Shown piece after piece: positions 61,092 to 64,000 of a DNA stretch of 64,000 bases. The notes below the pieces were generated by a model. That model saw only the letters and a list, made by a program, of their open reading frames with translations. It ran no database searches and had not been told where the DNA came from. Where the stretch lies: assembly GCA_963815115.1 (NCBI GenBank), contig CAWFFN010000007.1, positions 160,001 to 224,000 of the forward strand. The letters are read 5' to 3'. The translations under genes were made by a program, and so were the position numbers. How positions within the stretch are numbered: position 1 is the first letter of the stretch; every line of letters begins with the position of its first letter. The stretch comes from an uncultured delta proteobacterium (GTDB lineage: Bacteria > Desulfobacterota > Binatia > DP-6).

Positions 61092-61913
61092 CTAGCCGTC
61101 GATGCCGAAGCGCAAGAGCAGATGCGCGTAGGGCTCCGGCTGCTCGAGCCCGATCAGGTGACCGGCATGCGGAATCGTCTCGAGACGCGCGTGTGGAATC
61201 TTCTCCCGGAATATGTTGCCGTACGACGGCGCCACGAAGCGATCGCCAGCGCCCCAGACGACGAGGGTGGGTGCGGTGATGCGGGGCAGCCGCTTCTCCA
61301 GCCCGTGCTCCGGGATCGGGAAGTGAAACTTGGCGGCCGTCCGGAAGCCGCGCACGAGGCTGATCAGGAGCTCGACCTGGTCCTCGGTGCGGTCGTCCTT
61401 CTCGCTGATCAACCCCGTGAGCGCGAGCATCTGCTGGGCCGCGGGGCAGGACTGATCGTGGAAGAGATACGGCACCAGCTCGTGCGTCATGTGCCCGAAG
61501 AGGTCGACGACGGGCGCCTCGTCGCGCCACAGACCGATCGGTGCCGCCAGCGCCAGGCGGCCGACCTCCCGCGGGCGCAGGGCAGCGATCTCGGCCGCCA
61601 GCCAGCCGCCCAGGGACTCGCCGACGACGTACGGGCGCTCGATCTCGAGCGCCTCCATGACGTCGAAGACGTGGAAGAACAGATCCCACTGGTCGTCCAG
61701 CAGCTCGAGGCCCGTCGACCGACCGAAGCCGGGGAGGAGCGGTGCGTAGATGCGGTAGTTGCGCGAGAGCAGGGGCAGGGCGCCCTCCCAGGCCGCGACC
61801 CCGCCGGCGCCGTGCAGGAAGAGGAGCGGGTCTCCGGCTCCGCCCTCGAGCACCTCGATCGTCGGACGGCCCCGTCCGAGGTCGAGCATCCGCGACGACG
61901 GCACATCGCTCAT
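61092..61913 (-). CDS. alpha/beta fold hydrolase
   Basis: FLHGAGG, GESLGG, WGAGD, AGH; coupled to the LLM gene. Confidence 0.88.
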   Translation of the reverse strand: MSDVPSSRMLDLGRGRPTIEVLEGGAGDPLLFLHGAGGVAAWEGALPLLSRNYRIYAPLLPGFGRSTGLELLDDQWDLFFHVFDVMEALEIERPYVVGESLGGWLAAEIAALRPREVGRLALAAPIGLWRDEAPVVDLFGHMTHELVPYLFHDQSCPAAQQMLALTGLISEKDDRTEDQVELLISLVRGFRTAAKFHFPIPEHGLEKRLPRITAPTLVVWGAGDRFVAPSYGNIFREKIPHARLETIPHAGHLIGLEQPEPYAHLLLRFGIDG

Positions 61914-63169
61914 GCCGCCGCTCCCACGTGCGACGCGCCGTCGACGAACTGGCCCGGCTTGCTGCGCGCGCTCGCGGCGAGCGGCTTCGGCCAGACGACG
62001 TCCTCGTAGTCGGAGAACATCGGGCGCAGGTGCGGCATGACCTGGGTGGCGAAGAGCTCCGTGCTGCGCTTCACCAGATCGACCGGAGCCGAGCCGATGT
62101 GCAGCCCGAGCGCCAGGTGCCCGACGCGCAGCGAGCGGGCCAGCTCCTCGAGCTGCTGGCGTACCGTCTCGGGCGAGCCGGCGACGATGTAGCGCTGCTC
62201 GCACAGCTCCTTCCAGGTCTTGTTCATGCCCATGTTGCCGGTGGTGTTGCCGATCTGGGCGACGACGCCGGCGCGCAGGGACGCCTCGGTGCGATAGCCG
62301 GGCGCTTCCGCCATGCCGGGGTAGAGGTGCAGGCACTTGTTGAAGAAGTAGTCGACGTGCGGCCACCACTCGCGCTCGCAGGCCTCGTCGGTGTCGCTGA
62401 CGCAGACCTGCTGGAAGAACGCGGCGGTGTAGGGATTCTCCGGCTTGTTCCGCTTCGCCATGTGCTCCCAGTAGCCCTCCATCATGCGCTGCGCGCGCTT
62501 GTAGCCGCTGAAGGAGAGGTAGCTGTAGTTGTAGCCGTGCTCGATGCAGAAGTCCCAGGTCTCGATCGAGCCGAGCCCGGGGATCCAGATCGGCGGGTGC
62601 GGCTTCTGGATGGGCTGGGGCCAGAGGTTGACGTAGCGCAGCTTGGTGTACTTCCCGTTCCAGGCGAACGGCTCGCGCTCCGCCCAGGCCTTGATGATCA
62701 GGTCGTGCGCCTCGCGGTACTTGTCGCGCAGCGTGGCCGGGTTCTCGCCGTAGCAGTAGTTGGTGTCCATCGACGTCCCGACCGGGAACCCCGCGATCAG
62801 CCGGCCGCCGGTGATGACGTCCAGCATCGCGAACTCCTCGGCGACGCGGATGGGCGGGTTGTAGAGCGCGATCGAGTTGCCCAGCACCAGGATCATGGCG
62901 TTGGTCGTGCGCCTGGCGAGCGCCCCGGCCATGATGTTGGGCGATGGCATCATGCCGTAGGCGTTCTGGTGGTGCTCGTTCACGCCGATGGCGTCGAAGC
63001 CCACGCGGTCGGCGTACTCGAGGGTGTCGAGGTACTCGTTGTAGAGCTGGTGGCCGCGCTCCGGGTCGTAGAGTCGGTTCGGGACGTCGACCCACACCCC
63101 GTGATAGCGCTCGCGGAAGTCGGCAGGCAGCCAGCGCCACGGCATCAGATGGAACCAGCTGAATTTCAT
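61910..63169 (-). CDS. luciferase-like (LLM) flavin-dependent monooxygenase
   Basis: NEHHQ, PSP, RVAEEFAMLD, PIQKPHPPIW, GSPETV. Confidence 0.92.
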   Translation of the reverse strand: MKFSWFHLMPWRWLPADFRERYHGVWVDVPNRLYDPERGHQLYNEYLDTLEYADRVGFDAIGVNEHHQNAYGMMPSPNIMAGALARRTTNAMILVLGNSIALYNPPIRVAEEFAMLDVITGGRLIAGFPVGTSMDTNYCYGENPATLRDKYREAHDLIIKAWAEREPFAWNGKYTKLRYVNLWPQPIQKPHPPIWIPGLGSIETWDFCIEHGYNYSYLSFSGYKRAQRMMEGYWEHMAKRNKPENPYTAAFFQQVCVSDTDEACEREWWPHVDYFFNKCLHLYPGMAEAPGYRTEASLRAGVVAQIGNTTGNMGMNKTWKELCEQRYIVAGSPETVRQQLEELARSLRVGHLALGLHIGSAPVDLVKRSTELFATQVMPHLRPMFSDYEDVVWPKPLAASARSKPGQFVDGASHVGAAA

Positions 63170-63301
63170 GGTCTCCTCCTCGTGCGCCGGGGCGGCGCGG
63201 GCTCGGTCAGGCGTGACATGGCAGATGCGGAAAGGCAAGGGTGATGGTGGACGCGGCGCGTCCTTGGCGGGCGCGGGTGTTTCTGGCTAAGAAGGCGGGC
63301 A

Positions 63302-64000
63302 ATGAGCGACCTGGTCATCCGCGACGCGCTGCTGTGCGACGGCTCGGGGCGCGAGGCTCGGCGGGGCGACCTCGCCGTCGAGGACGGCCGGATCAGGGCC
63401 GTGGGCACGGTGGCGGCGCGCGGGACGATCGAGCTCGACGCCGGTGGTCTCGCCCTCGCGCCGGGCTTCATCGACCTGCACACGCACTACGACTGCCAGC
63501 TCTTCTGGGATCCGTCGGCGAGCCCGTCGCCGTGGCACGGCGTGACGACCGTGGTGATGGGCAACTGCGGCTTCACCGTCGCCCCGTGCCTCCCCGAGCA
63601 CCGCGAGACCCTCATGCGGTTGCTGCAGTTCGTCGAGGGCATGCCGCTCGAGTCGCTGCGCGCGGGGCTGCCGTGGACGTGGGAGGACTATCCCGACTAC
63701 CTGACGGCGCTCGAGACCCGTGGGGTCGGGGTGAACGTTGCCTCGTTCGTCGGCCACTCCGCGATTCGGGTGCGCGTGATGGGCGAGGCCGCCACCGAGC
63801 GCGCGGCCACCGCCGAGGAGCGCGCGGCGATGGCGGCGCTGGTGCGGGAGGCCGTGACGGCCGGCGCGATCGGCTGGTCGACGTCGCTCTCGCCCACGCA
63901 CTTCTTCGCCGACGACGGCAGGCCCGCGCCGAGCCGGGCGGCCGAACGCGGCGAGCTGGTCGAACTCGCCGAGGCGCTGCGGGGCTTCGACCGCGGCGTC
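63302..64000 (+). CDS. N-acyl-D-amino acid deacylase family amidohydrolase (3' truncated by window edge)
   Basis: MSDLVIRDALLCDGSG, APGFIDLHTHYD, GVTTVVMGNCG read from the DNA. Confidence 0.9.
   Translation, partial: MSDLVIRDALLCDGSGREARRGDLAVEDGRIRAVGTVAARGTIELDAGGLALAPGFIDLHTHYDCQLFWDPSASPSPWHGVTTVVMGNCGFTVAPCLPEHRETLMRLLQFVEGMPLESLRAGLPWTWEDYPDYLTALETRGVGVNVASFVGHSAIRVRVMGEAATERAATAEERAAMAALVREAVTAGAIGWSTSLSPTHFFADDGRPAPSRAAERGELVELAEALRGFDRGV

Overview
High-GC (about 70%) bacterial chromosomal window. Gene style suggests a Deltaproteobacteria-like lineage such as Candidatus Binatia (inference only). Most of it is housekeeping and metabolic: hom-thrC-apgM-glpX, isobutyryl-CoA-mutase-type icmAB, nth, rnhB, a full pdhABC-lpdA-lipBA operon, a rubrerythrin/Fe-S oxidoreductase/DUF3501/Fur-family cluster with a palindromic operator, scattered nuo genes (nuoI; nuoB-nuoF-nuoG), moeB, trmB, polX, efp, a siroheme sulfite/nitrite reductase, a dnaA gene without dnaN, udgB, rfbA, tRNA-Arg(CCT) and apaG. 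I found no CRISPR array, prophage or transposase. The most unusual signals are: (1) a minus-strand operon lnt - secreted Cys protein - tandem pseudo-heterodimeric class III cyclase/STAND/TPR protein - acyltransferase - desaturase - lytic transglycosylase, with an apparent frameshift joining the acyltransferase to the desaturase; (2) a free-standing Hint/intein-fold protein lacking most splicing residues, in a tight operon with ferritin-like, HTH and UDG genes; (3) adjacent ApgM and GlpX homologues with substituted catalytic residues; (4) a pair of inverted, covarying structured repeats, each 5 nt after a stop codon; (5) EF-P with Asn at the tip position and a 17-proline lipoprotein nearby. All calls come from reading motifs by eye; no database searches were run.
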